Assembly: GCA_963817525.1 (NCBI GenBank)
Contig: CAWFOU010000007.1
Location: forward strand, 96,001 to 160,000
Source of the DNA: an uncultured archaeon
Lineage (GTDB): Archaea > Thermoproteota > Nitrososphaeria > Nitrososphaerales > Gagatemarchaeaceae
DNA: 64,000 nt
Direction of reading: 5' to 3'
The notes under the pieces are model-generated. The model saw only the letters and a list, made by a program, of their open reading frames with translations. It was not told the origin of the DNA and ran no database searches. Of the stretch, positions 28,339 to 38,451 are shown in pieces (positions within the stretch are counted from its first letter, which is position 1; each line of letters opens with the position of its first letter). The position numbers and the translations under genes were made by a program.

Positions 28339-29436
28339 ATGGCGCGCTTCGAGCACAGGCCAGACTTGAGTCGACCCCCCGTACCACTCCTAGCCGCGCT
28401 TCTCTTCGTCTTTGCCCTTGCGCCCGCCCCCACAAACGCCCAGCTGGCAAGCAACTCGGTCACCCTGGACGTCTACAGCGACGGGACGGCGGCGGTGACG
28501 CAGGTCGTCTCGACCAGCGCGAACGACACTTCGATAAGCCTCCAACTCCTTTCTTCCATAATAGCGAACCCGTTGGTCTTCGACCAGAACGGCTCGGGCC
28601 TCTACTTCCAGATCACCGGGTCGAACATCACGGTCTATACAATCGGCGCGACGGGAGTCACCCTCGAGTACGCCACCACGGCTCTCACTAGCAAGCAGGG
28701 TGCGGTGTGGACGCTTGAGTTCACGACGCAATACAACACCACGGTCGTTTTGCCGCAGCAATCCACCCTCACCTCCGTCTCCGGGACCCCCAGCCAGCTC
28801 TCGACCAGCAACGGGTCCCCGGTGGTGGTCGTCGCACCCGGGACGTGGGTGATCGACTATGGGTTGCCGATCGAGGTCTCTACGACGAGCTCCACCACGA
28901 ATTCTAGCGTCTCTGAAACCAGCTCCGCGTCGACCTCCTCCGCGACTTCAAGCGTCAGCTCGACTGCCTTCCCCATCAGCTCGACTTCGGCTTCCACAGG
29001 TAGTTCAGGGACGGTGGCCGCGAGCTCGAGCGCGAGTTCCTCAGGCCTCGGCCCGGTCGTCACGAGCAATTCCGTGACGACCAACACCAGCTCCGCGAGC
29101 AGCTCTCAATCCTACCTAGAGGCGGCGGCGCTGGTAGTCGTCGCGATGGTCCTCTTGGCGGCGACGTCCATGTTCGTCCTGAGGAGGAGGGGCGCGGCGC
29201 CCGGCCCGCAGGCCTCGGAGCTGAGGCCTGACGATGTCAAGGTGCTCGACTTCATCTCGGAGAAGGGAGGGAAGGTCCTGGAGCCGGAGATCCGCACTCG
29301 CTTCGCCCTCCCGAAGACCTCGGGTTGGAGGCAGATCAAGAGGCTGGAGAGGCTCGGCTACGTCAAAGTGACCAAGATAGGGTCTCAGAACCAGATAGAG
29401 CTCCTGAAGAGGCCACAGGGCGCGCAGTCCGCCTGA
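28339..29436 (+). CDS. Membrane-spanning protein with extracellular domain and C-terminal winged HTH
   Basis: Signal peptide, S/T linker, TM, then KVLDFISEKGGKV...LPKTSGWRQIKRLERLGYV. Confidence 0.75.
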   Translation: MARFEHRPDLSRPPVPLLAALLFVFALAPAPTNAQLASNSVTLDVYSDGTAAVTQVVSTSANDTSISLQLLSSIIANPLVFDQNGSGLYFQITGSNITVYTIGATGVTLEYATTALTSKQGAVWTLEFTTQYNTTVVLPQQSTLTSVSGTPSQLSTSNGSPVVVVAPGTWVIDYGLPIEVSTTSSTTNSSVSETSSASTSSATSSVSSTAFPISSTSASTGSSGTVAASSSASSSGLGPVVTSNSVTTNTSSASSSQSYLEAAALVVVAMVLLAATSMFVLRRRGAAPGPQASELRPDDVKVLDFISEKGGKVLEPEIRTRFALPKTSGWRQIKRLERLGYVKVTKIGSQNQIELLKRPQGAQSA

Positions 29437-29439
29437 TGC

Positions 29440-31305
29440 CTAGGCTCCGGCCGTCAGCGCGGTAGAGGCCTGGCTCAAGAGCGCGGCCCCTTGCGGCACC
29501 TCTAGCGCGTCGAAGGCCGCTACCGCTTGGGCGATGAGTGACGATGCTGACGCGACCGCTCCCGTCCTTGCGTCGAGGTCAGCGGTGAGGTAGGCAGAGG
29601 CGCTTGACATCGAGTTCGAGGTCGACTGCGACTGAGAGTCAAGCGAGGACACCTGGGAATCCAGGGCCTGGGAGGCGGCCGCGAACGCTGCGATGCTGGT
29701 GCTGAGGAGGGACTGCGAGGATGCCGCGAACCCGGAGGCGAGCTGCGCTTCCGTCTGGAGCGAGGAGGACGCCGATGAGAGCGACCCGAGCGCGGTGGAG
29801 TTGAGGAGTTGGGACTCTGAGGCGTAGACCGAGGAGACGTTCTGCAGGAGGGAGGAGCTCACCTCCCCCTGCGTCGCGGCCTGGACTGCGGTGTTCAGCG
29901 ACGCGATGCTGGAGCTCACAGTCTCCGTGGAGGAATGTGCGGCCTGAAGCGAAGAGGACACTCCACTTGCCCCGGTGCCTACCGTCGTCTCAAGTTGGGT
30001 CAACGTCGTATCCCATGTCCCGAGTGCCGTGATGAGGGGGAAATCGCCCGCGACGATGCCTACCTGGGCCTGAAGCGAGGCGAGCGACGCGGCGAAGGCG
30101 GCAGCCTCCGTCCCTTCCGTATTGCCCAGCGCATAGAAGGTGGCAGCGTAGGCAGAAAACCCGTCCGCGGTCACGCTTGCGATCGAACCTGCCGATGAGC
30201 CCAGACTGGACAGCGAAGAATCGTACGCGCTTTCCGAGGTCTCCGCGGCTGTGGCGTCAGACTGGAGGCCGGACAAGGCACCCGCCGGGAGGGGGAGCGC
30301 GGCGACCGCCTGCGAGAACGATGTTAGGCTCGAAAGGGCACCCGCCAGAGTCGCCTGCTGAGCCGAGATGCTGGTCGTGACCGAGGTCATCGAGACCGAG
30401 GATATGGCGCTCGCCGCGGCTGTGGCCGAGACGGTCACGGCCTGCGAGGTGCTTGACTGCGAGGCGGAGTCGCTCTGGTAGGTCGAGGCGTCGACCCCGA
30501 ACCAGCCGACGAGAGTGCCCTGCAGCTCCGCCGATGCGTTGGCGGCCGCGAGCAGCGAAGCTAGAGGACCGTTGGCGTAGGCTTCGCCCCTCGAAGCGTA
30601 CGTGAAGGGTACGAGAGTGGAGAGCTCGGCATCCGCGCCAGCGATGTCGGCCCTGGCCTGCGATGTGATCCCGGCGAACCCCGCTGTGCTGCTTCCCGGC
30701 GCTCCGGTCTCGACCGCGGCCAGCAGAGAGGCGGCGGAGCTCAGCTCGGCTGTGGCGTTGACTATCCATGATTTCGCCGTGCCGCAGTCCTGCAGGAACT
30801 GGCCCGAGAGGGACGGGCCGACGCTCGTCGAAGCGCAGGTCTCGTCGATGATGGAGGAGACCTCCTGGGTAGAGTCGTTGAGCGAGGCGACGGTTCCTAG
30901 GTCGGCTTGGACGTCCACCGTGGGCGTCAGGCCGGCCTCCTGGATGGACGTCCCGGCGCTTGTGACAGCAGCTGTGAAGTTGCCCATGGCGTCGTGGGCG
31001 TCCTGGATGCCGGCGTCAAGGTCACCCCCTGTGCTGAGCGCAGCCTCGGCGGCGAGGAGGGAGGCGTTTCCGGCCGCGACGAGCGCGGTCTCCGAGGAGA
31101 CGTTCAGGCCACTCGAAGATGCGAGGACGACCGCCCCCTGGGCATAGGTACCCGCCGAGGACGCCACCTGCACGAGCAACTGGAGGCTGGCGGAGTCCGC
31201 CCCGCTCGAGCCTGGCTGGGCCACCACAAAATGATTCGTGAGCATGCCGGCAAGGATGACCACGGACGCCAATATCGCCAGAGTCGGCCTTCTGGTCGTC
31301 CTCAT
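29440..31305 (-). CDS. Secreted Ala/Ser-rich helical protein
   Basis: 621-aa ORF with a signal peptide. Confidence 0.65.
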   Translation of the reverse strand: MRTTRRPTLAILASVVILAGMLTNHFVVAQPGSSGADSASLQLLVQVASSAGTYAQGAVVLASSSGLNVSSETALVAAGNASLLAAEAALSTGGDLDAGIQDAHDAMGNFTAAVTSAGTSIQEAGLTPTVDVQADLGTVASLNDSTQEVSSIIDETCASTSVGPSLSGQFLQDCGTAKSWIVNATAELSSAASLLAAVETGAPGSSTAGFAGITSQARADIAGADAELSTLVPFTYASRGEAYANGPLASLLAAANASAELQGTLVGWFGVDASTYQSDSASQSSTSQAVTVSATAAASAISSVSMTSVTTSISAQQATLAGALSSLTSFSQAVAALPLPAGALSGLQSDATAAETSESAYDSSLSSLGSSAGSIASVTADGFSAYAATFYALGNTEGTEAAAFAASLASLQAQVGIVAGDFPLITALGTWDTTLTQLETTVGTGASGVSSSLQAAHSSTETVSSSIASLNTAVQAATQGEVSSSLLQNVSSVYASESQLLNSTALGSLSSASSSLQTEAQLASGFAASSQSLLSTSIAAFAAASQALDSQVSSLDSQSQSTSNSMSSASAYLTADLDARTGAVASASSLIAQAVAAFDALEVPQGAALLSQASTALTAGA

Positions 31306-31405
31306 GGCACACTATGGACCTCCGGGAAAGATAAGGAACCCTCCTGGAACGCGTGTTCCAAAAGGGAAATCACCCTTGGATGAGAAAAAAGGGGCGGGGA
31401 CGGCC

Positions 31406-32656
31406 CTATTGGGCCGTCACCAGTACGCTTCCGTACGTGTTCGCCCCCATCACGGTGATGAGGTACTGCTGCCCAGGGACTATCCCGGTCAGCTGTATCC
31501 CCACGACCCCGAAGCCGAGGGATATGCTGCCGCTATAGTCCAGGGAGGTCGAAGACCCCGCTGCTAGCAGGGAGCTGTTCCCGCTCAGGAGGACTGCGCC
31601 CTGGAGCGAGTTGGATGCCTGCAGCGACCCCGCCGAGTTCACGGTGAAGATGGCCGAGCCGGACATCGACGCCGGGAGGGTTGCTGTCGCCACGACGCTG
31701 CCGGACGAGACCGGGGTGATGACGATGGTCTGGATGTGGGCCGAGTCGTTGCCGGTGTTCTTCAGCTGCAGGTCGAGGGACCCGCTCGTGAGTGTGGCCG
31801 AGGAGATGGTGACGTTGGTGGAGGTCTGGTCCTGGAAGCCCACCCACCAGCTGCCCTGTAGCTGCGTCTGGGCGCCTACCTGGAGGGAGGCCGAGGCCAC
31901 CTCGCTAGGCGGGACCGTGGTCGCCTTGGCGCACGCGGAGAAGACGAACTGTGGGTTCGTGGAGCTCCCCGTGTTCATGACGAAGGTCCGGAGGTCGACC
32001 ACCGCGGCGCTGCTCTGCGAGGCGGTGACTTGGGCGTCGCTCTGGAGCTTCGTGGTGATGTTGCTGGAGGCCACCGCTGCGGCGTAGGCCTGGTTGTCGT
32101 ATGTCACTGAGGCAGACTGGATTCCCATGCGCACCGCGTCATAGGTGCCGCTCTGGATCTTCGCGGCCGCTATCGTCTGGCTCACGTTCTCGGAGCTCAT
32201 CAGGTTGATGGTCCCCGTCCCGTTGAGCTGCACCCAACCGGTCGCGTTGCTGGCGCCGGCCGTGTGGACGGCAAGCGAGCTGTAGGTGGCTGTCGCCGCG
32301 GTGACGCCGGACGCGACCACTGGCGGGTCGGTCGCCATCATTGCAAAGTCGCCGCTGGACCCCTGCTGACTGGTCGTGCTGCTTGACGCCGTCGCGCTCG
32401 TGCTCTGCGCGCTCGGCGTTGAGCTCGAAGTGCTAGAGGTAACGCCCGGCGATCCGCCGGACGCGGTGCTAGACGCAGCTACCGTGCTGCTGCCAGTCGT
32501 GCTCGTCAGGGTTCCCGGCGCAGTGCTGCTCGATAAAATGGAGCTAGTTGTCTGCGCGGGTTTCTGCGCGACTTGGACGCCGATCATCGCGACTGCCACG
32601 ATGGCCAGCACCAAGAGCGCTCCTGCCGCAATTGCTGTCGTTTTCATGTCGGACAC
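31406..32656 (-). CDS. Membrane-anchored DUF4382-like protein
   Basis: TM, S/T linker, MMATDPP...LAVH...GWV...TINL pattern. Confidence 0.6.
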   Translation of the reverse strand: MSDMKTTAIAAGALLVLAIVAVAMIGVQVAQKPAQTTSSILSSSTAPGTLTSTTGSSTVAASSTASGGSPGVTSSTSSSTPSAQSTSATASSSTTSQQGSSGDFAMMATDPPVVASGVTAATATYSSLAVHTAGASNATGWVQLNGTGTINLMSSENVSQTIAAAKIQSGTYDAVRMGIQSASVTYDNQAYAAAVASSNITTKLQSDAQVTASQSSAAVVDLRTFVMNTGSSTNPQFVFSACAKATTVPPSEVASASLQVGAQTQLQGSWWVGFQDQTSTNVTISSATLTSGSLDLQLKNTGNDSAHIQTIVITPVSSGSVVATATLPASMSGSAIFTVNSAGSLQASNSLQGAVLLSGNSSLLAAGSSTSLDYSGSISLGFGVVGIQLTGIVPGQQYLITVMGANTYGSVLVTAQ

Positions 32657-32760
32657 TAGAGTGGCTGCTAGGAAAAGGAACCCTGTGAAACAGGCGTTCC
32701 ATTTGAAGCGGGACGAGGTTACAAAGTTGCAATTATTGCAGGAACGGAAGTCCTAGAGGC

Positions 32761-33408
32761 TCATCTGCCGGCGCCGAGGAGCTCCCCTAGCAGGCGCCTC
32801 TCGGCTCTTCGCCGGTGCCCCACGAGGGTCGAGCTGCCTATCTTCAGCCTCTCCCCCAATTGCTGGGAGCTTATCCTGCGGGGCAGGTCGTAGTATCCCA
32901 ACTCGTAGGCGACCGTGAGCACCCTCCGTTGTTTCTCCGTCAGGCGGCTGAGAGGGGAGTCCTTGGGAAACTTCGCGTCCGTGATGCTCTCCACCCTGTA
33001 CCTGGCGCCCGTGCTCTCGACGTCATCCAGGAAGGACCTCACCTGTTTGCCCGTGCCGAGGTAGGTCATGCGGGCCCGGCCATCCCTTATCTCGAAGGGG
33101 ACGGACAGGTAGCCCCCGGCGGTGATGTGGGTGGCGTTCGGCCTGCTCTTGATGAAGTAGGTGTACGCCCCGTCCTTGTCATGGTCGAGCACCTGCATCT
33201 CGACGATGTCGGCGTCTCGGAAGTCCTCCAGCCTCAAGGAGGGGTCGAGGAACTTCACCCTGCACACGATGGCGATCTCATCGGGGCCCTCGTGCAGGAA
33301 CTGCATTATCTCCATGGCCTCCACCTTCTCCCACATGGGGTTTGGTTCGGCGCTCGCGTCGAATTTCCGCATGTCCTCCAGGCTCATCTCGATTACCACT
33401 CTGCGCAT
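32761..33408 (-). CDS. Bat-like (HTH_10) transcriptional regulator
   Basis: LTEKQRRVLTVAYELGYYDLPRRIS...STLVGHRRRAERRL. Confidence 0.82.
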   Translation of the reverse strand: MRRVVIEMSLEDMRKFDASAEPNPMWEKVEAMEIMQFLHEGPDEIAIVCRVKFLDPSLRLEDFRDADIVEMQVLDHDKDGAYTYFIKSRPNATHITAGGYLSVPFEIRDGRARMTYLGTGKQVRSFLDDVESTGARYRVESITDAKFPKDSPLSRLTEKQRRVLTVAYELGYYDLPRRISSQQLGERLKIGSSTLVGHRRRAERRLLGELLGAGR

Positions 33409-33504
33409 GCCAGGCCCCGTCACAGTGCGGTCTCTAAGCATTTTTACCTACATGCGCATATGCGCGCTACAAGGCTAATCTGGGGTCTGGATGGCGTTGC
33501 AGCC

Positions 33505-35070
33505 ATGGATACGGATGCGGCCGCCGCGGGAGGAGACACCCCAGGGAAGGGGGACGGCCCCTCGACGACCCCCGGTCTTTCGAGGGTCGCCTCGATCCTT
33601 GTGCTGGCGGGGGTCTTCTTCGCGATCCTCCTCGGTGCGATGGACGGCCTTGTCGTGGCAACCGTCCTCCCGACCGTGGCGGCAGACCTCCACCAGGTAG
33701 ACGGGGTCACGTTCGTGGCGGGGGCCTATCTGATCAGCTCGACTATCTCAATCCCGATATTCGCCCGCCTTTCCGACGTCTCAAGCCGTCGAAACGTCTT
33801 CCTCGGCGGCCTCGCGGTCTTCACGGTCGGCTCCGCGCTGGCGGGCCAAAGCCAGAACCTTACCGAGCTGATAGTCTTCCGGGCCATCCAGGGGGCCGGC
33901 GGGGGAGGCATCTTCCCGGTCGCCATAGCGATGGTCGCCGTCTTGTTCCCTCCACAGACCCGGGCGAGGGCGACAGGAGTGCTGAGCGGCGCCGCCGGGC
34001 TCGCGATCGTCCTGGGCCCTCTCGTGGGCAGCTACATCGTCTCGATCACCACCTGGCGTTGGGTCTTCTACATCAACCTCCCCTTCGGGGTCGTGGCGGC
34101 GGTGATCATGCTGGCCGCGACAGGCCCACTCCGGCCTGCCGTGCCAGGCAAGTTCGACCTGCCTGGAGCCGGGTTGCTGACTGGGTGGGTCACGGCCCTC
34201 ATGGTGGCTCTCGTCGAGGTGTCGGATTCGGGATGGGCGTGGACCGACCCCCGGATCATCGCCCTTCTGGCGGCGTCGGCCGCGCTCTTCGCCGCCTTTC
34301 TGCGGTTCGAGCTCCGCTCAAAGGAGCCACTCGTCCCCCTCAGGCTGATGAGGCGGCGCATAATCGCGGCCGTCAGCGGGACCATGCTCTTCACCGGAGT
34401 CGTCCTGAGCACCCTGATCACATTCCTCTCAGTGTTCGTCGGGGTCGTCCTGCTGCACAGCGGCCCCACGGCCACGGCCTCCGTGCGGGACATCATCTAT
34501 TTCCTGGCCGTCCCGTTGATCCTCGGAGCGGCCCTCTCAGGCCAGATCCTCACCCGGGTACCGTACAGGACCGTCGTAGCGCCGGGCCTGGCGGTGGCGA
34601 CCATCGTGGGGCTGTTTCTGACGAGGCTGACCTCTTCGAGCCCTCTCTGGGTGCTGGCGAACGGGTTCCTGCCCGTCGGCGGGATCGCCCTCCCTCTGAT
34701 CCCCTTGGGGTTCGGCCTCGGTTTCGCGCTGTCCGTCCCGACCATAGCGGTGCAGAACGAGGTCCCGACGGAGGAGGTGGGCGCGGCCATCGGCCTGACG
34801 CGGTTTCTCCAGAGCCTTGGCGGAGCCCTCGGGATATCGCTCCTCACCGCCTTCGAGACTTGGCGCTTCCAGGCGCTCTCCCAGGGCGTCACTTCTCCTG
34901 CCCTGGTGACGGACGCCCTCGTGTCCACGTACGACGAGGTCTTTCTGATACTGGTCGCGTGCATCGCGGTCGCGTTCCTGTTCGCCATGTTCTTTGTCGG
35001 AAGGGTGCCCAAGGCGGAGACCAAGGGTGAAGAGGCGGGAATTGCGGCGGATGCCCCTCAAGCTTCGTAA
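33505..35070 (+). CDS. MFS drug:H+ antiporter (DHA2, EmrB/QacA-like)
   Basis: AMDGLVVATVLP, FRAIQGAGGG, WRWVFYINLPFG. Confidence 0.88.
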   Translation: MDTDAAAAGGDTPGKGDGPSTTPGLSRVASILVLAGVFFAILLGAMDGLVVATVLPTVAADLHQVDGVTFVAGAYLISSTISIPIFARLSDVSSRRNVFLGGLAVFTVGSALAGQSQNLTELIVFRAIQGAGGGGIFPVAIAMVAVLFPPQTRARATGVLSGAAGLAIVLGPLVGSYIVSITTWRWVFYINLPFGVVAAVIMLAATGPLRPAVPGKFDLPGAGLLTGWVTALMVALVEVSDSGWAWTDPRIIALLAASAALFAAFLRFELRSKEPLVPLRLMRRRIIAAVSGTMLFTGVVLSTLITFLSVFVGVVLLHSGPTATASVRDIIYFLAVPLILGAALSGQILTRVPYRTVVAPGLAVATIVGLFLTRLTSSSPLWVLANGFLPVGGIALPLIPLGFGLGFALSVPTIAVQNEVPTEEVGAAIGLTRFLQSLGGALGISLLTAFETWRFQALSQGVTSPALVTDALVSTYDEVFLILVACIAVAFLFAMFFVGRVPKAETKGEEAGIAADAPQAS

Positions 35071-35130
35071 GAGCTGAGAGCTGAGAGCCCCGCATGCGGT
35101 AAAATAGGGACGCCCGCAAGGAGGGGTGGC

Positions 35131-35243
35131 GGGCCCGTAGCTCAGATCCCGTAGAGGAGAGAAGCCAGGATAGAGCATCGGGCTTTTAACCCGAGGGTCA
35201 GGTCTCGGAACCCCCTAGGCGGGTTCGAATCCCGTCGGGCCCG
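35131..35243 (+). tRNA. tRNA-Lys(UUU) with two non-canonical introns (35146-35164 and 35200-35218)
   Basis: Removing two 19-nt inserts gives GGGCCCG-TA-GCTC-AGCCAGGATA-GAGC-A-TCGGG-CTTTTAA-CCCGA-GGGTC-GCGGG-TTCGAAT-CCCGT-CGGGCCC-G. The second intron forms a full bulge-helix-bulge. Confidence 0.92.
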
Positions 35244-35712
35244 CCTCCGCTCGAGTCCGAATCCCTTCCTTGCTCTTCGACTGCGGTTCGGTAGGCTTGG
35301 GCATACGGAATGGAGTACGCTCCTCGAATATAAGCGCCAACCCCTAGGCGTTGCAGACATCTGAAACGATTTGAATTCTATCTACCGAAGTAGAGGTAGA
35401 AGATAACTTCTACCTATCATGTAAAAGGGGACGGAGAAATGGCAAAAAATGCTAGGCTTGCTTGCCGAGAGCAGGATTGGAGCTTTATTTTACCGTCAAA
35501 TCCGTCCGGAGCGGCAAGGTCCAAGGTCAGGGTGTGGGCCCAGACATCTTGGTTCAAAAATTCCAACATCAGCACATGAGAAACGGGTTGGCAGTCCGAA
35601 ACAATTTTGCTCGCCCAGTCAATTAATCCTTCTCCAAAAGCCTAATGGCGCTCGTTTTATGACACCGTGAACCTCATTGTCAAGCCGACTACTCTTGACG
35701 TACGCCCGACCT

Positions 35713-37050
35713 ATGCGAATCCTCATCGATTCCTTCACTCTCGATAAGGCCCTCACGGCTGCCAATCCGATGGCGGCAATTCTACTGAAGTATAGTGACT
35801 CGAGTTTATTTGAATTCATTCGCTCTCCGGAGAGGACTACCGCATTACTCCTAGTTTCGATACCTGAATACAGCGTCAACACACAGGCACCACCAATGAT
35901 GACAACAATTCAGGTAGGAACGAGAAATAGGTCGTCGGAGTCCGCCTTCCCGTATCGTCAGGTCGACATGGATGTCGTTGGAAAATATGCATTCAGTTCG
36001 ACCGCGCTCTCACCTCGTCAAAAAGAGAGGATATTCCAAGTGTTTGTGCAGGCGGTTCTCAACGGCAGAGGTCCAGATCAGAGCTTATTTGTTACTGAAG
36101 ACAGAGTCCTCTTGAGAACTCGGCTGTGGTTTGAAGCGCACTTTCCCGGCAGGCGACTAAATATTGTCACAATCAATGAAGCCGCCGAGATGATGGATTT
36201 GTTCGCGAAATACAACCAAACATTCCTGCTCGCAAGCATAGCCACAACCAGGAAATGGCATCTGTATTGGTTATCGTTCAGAACCAAGGTACCATTTTTC
36301 AACGTTCCCTCCACTGCCGTTCAGGCCGCAGGTGCTTTGCGCTCCTCTAATTATCTGGACGCATTCTCATCGCGAATGATCTACTTGCTGATGTCAGTAG
36401 ATGAATTAGGATTCCAGCACTACTTGGGCGTGGATAACGACACGGAGGAAAATACGATGTACCATTTCAATTACGCGATTTCCCTTATTTCCAGCATCTT
36501 CGATAGCCTAGCCCTAGAAACCAAGGGCAAGCTGAGTCTTCATTTCAGGGACGAACACATTCCTTCTAGGACGTCGCTCTCAAAAGATGCAGGTGAAGAA
36601 TTCCTGAGAGCGATCGAGAGCAGAGACCCAATTCTGAGGACTCACATCCGAAACCATAGCGCGTTCATCAATCTCATAAGTCAACTTAGGCAATTAGCGA
36701 TTCACAGGGAAGGGTTTCTCAAGCTCGCATATGAAAAACGAGGGGCCCAAGGCGAAACCTGGAAATCAATCTTCATCCCCATTGACCAAGATATTTCAAA
36801 CAAGGTCAAGCATGCACTGGGGCGCAGACTCATTCCGTATGAGGAGATAACCGGTTCTGGCATTCACGAGATTGGTACTAGGCGCTATCTTCAACCATTC
36901 CATTTCGTTAAGGCCGCCGCCGGAAAGCTTAGCCAGTTTTCGTCACGGTACCTTGAATTGCTAGGCTACCCCAACTACATGACAACAGTCACACATCCCC
37001 AGTTCTCTACTGAAAGTAGATTGTACAGCCAGAATAAGCTTGGATTCTGA
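35713..37050 (+). CDS. Hypothetical protein, putative PIN-like + HEPN-like domains
   Basis: N-terminal ILIDS...LFVTED; C-terminal SIFDSLA...LRQLAIH (RxxxxH). Confidence 0.55.
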   Translation: MRILIDSFTLDKALTAANPMAAILLKYSDSSLFEFIRSPERTTALLLVSIPEYSVNTQAPPMMTTIQVGTRNRSSESAFPYRQVDMDVVGKYAFSSTALSPRQKERIFQVFVQAVLNGRGPDQSLFVTEDRVLLRTRLWFEAHFPGRRLNIVTINEAAEMMDLFAKYNQTFLLASIATTRKWHLYWLSFRTKVPFFNVPSTAVQAAGALRSSNYLDAFSSRMIYLLMSVDELGFQHYLGVDNDTEENTMYHFNYAISLISSIFDSLALETKGKLSLHFRDEHIPSRTSLSKDAGEEFLRAIESRDPILRTHIRNHSAFINLISQLRQLAIHREGFLKLAYEKRGAQGETWKSIFIPIDQDISNKVKHALGRRLIPYEEITGSGIHEIGTRRYLQPFHFVKAAAGKLSQFSSRYLELLGYPNYMTTVTHPQFSTESRLYSQNKLGF

Positions 37051-37276
37051 CGAACCCGATTCGGTCATTCCAATGAGGCCTACGGGGCGGGGGAATCGTA
37101 CTTGATGCGGCTGAGGATCTTTTCGCGTTCCTCCTTTCTGTCGATTCCGAGCCGTTTGAGCGCTGCAAGGTGTCCAGCTCGCTCCTTCTTCGCGGCGAAT
37201 TCGACCTCGCCCCGTCAATCAGAAAGCCGCATTCAGTAAGTAAGCCTTTAATGCTGCAGAGAGCCAATTCGGAGAG

Positions 37277-38440
37277 TTGACGCTAGTAGTCTGCGTGCAG
37301 TGCAGAGAGGGCATGGTTGTTGCAACAGATAGCAGAGCTACTTACGAAGGCGCTCCGCTCATGAGAGAGACAACCGGAAAAATCTTCCCTATTGATAATA
37401 GATTCTGCATCGCCACAATCGGCTGGACTGGGGGTGCTGACAGAGTTGTTGACGAAATAAAGGTACAATTCGAAAAGGCCAGGATCGACACGACCAGAGC
37501 TTTCCTCGACTTATGTGAAGATACCTCGTTCAGCTATCTGAAGCGATACAAGGAGCGACTGGATGTTTCAGATGAAAATGACAAGGATGACATGAGCTTC
37601 TACTTGGTCTGTGCCTCTTCGAGCGGGATATTTACCGTCGAGGATGGCATATCAGAGCAGACCTACGATTACGGATGTTTTGGCAGCAGCGAGAATTACG
37701 GAGAATACATTCTGAAGCAACTTTACAAAAGGAATTCTTCACTCAAGGAGGGAACCAACTGGGCGGTCTATGCGATTAAACAAGCCATGAGTTTGGACCC
37801 AAATGTAGGTGGACCTGTATACGTTGCTCACCTCACGAAGAACGGAATAAAGATCCTCAACCAAGAGGAAGTACTGAAAGTCCAACAACAAATATCCAGT
37901 CAATCTCCCGAGTTTCAGAGAGGCCTCTTTGATCTGGTGGATAGAATAGTCCAAGCACGAAGAGAAATCAACCAACTCACCATGAAGGCGCACAAACTCC
38001 CGTTGTTCGATCAACAAGAGGCGCCCATATGGACGCTTGCGCATCAAGTTGTGACGGAAGAAGACTTCACGAATGGGATTCTTGCCCTGGGCGTTCTCGT
38101 CGATGAAATGACTGCGCCGGGTGTAGCGAGTCAAGAAAGGAGCCCTGGAACTCAGTCAATAGGCGGACTTGAGAAGTGGCTGCAGGAACAGCACGAGTCA
38201 AAGGAGGAGATTGAGAAAATAACAAAACCTCTGAGGCAGATACGCAGTCTACGAAACAAGAAACTTCCAGTTCATCCAGATGACGCCGAATTCATATCCG
38301 TGGTGGTGAACTGGGGCCTATCTTTTCCCCCCGACTGGGCCAGTTTGCATGTCATGGCGGTCGGCAAATATCTCTCATTCCTTGGAAACATGCTAGCGTT
38401 GCTCTCAAAAGAGAAAGGCAAAGCCAAAGCGCTCCGTTGA
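37277..38440 (+). CDS. Proteasome-beta-like Ntn hydrolase fused to a helical (HEPN-like) domain
   Basis: M-TLVVCVQCREGMVVATDSRAT (Thr1), GKIF, FGSS, DPNVGGPV; C-terminal LRNKKLPVH. Confidence 0.7.
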   Translation: MTLVVCVQCREGMVVATDSRATYEGAPLMRETTGKIFPIDNRFCIATIGWTGGADRVVDEIKVQFEKARIDTTRAFLDLCEDTSFSYLKRYKERLDVSDENDKDDMSFYLVCASSSGIFTVEDGISEQTYDYGCFGSSENYGEYILKQLYKRNSSLKEGTNWAVYAIKQAMSLDPNVGGPVYVAHLTKNGIKILNQEEVLKVQQQISSQSPEFQRGLFDLVDRIVQARREINQLTMKAHKLPLFDQQEAPIWTLAHQVVTEEDFTNGILALGVLVDEMTAPGVASQERSPGTQSIGGLEKWLQEQHESKEEIEKITKPLRQIRSLRNKKLPVHPDDAEFISVVVNWGLSFPPDWASLHVMAVGKYLSFLGNMLALLSKEKGKAKALR

Positions 38441-38451
38441 CTGTCGAGTTG

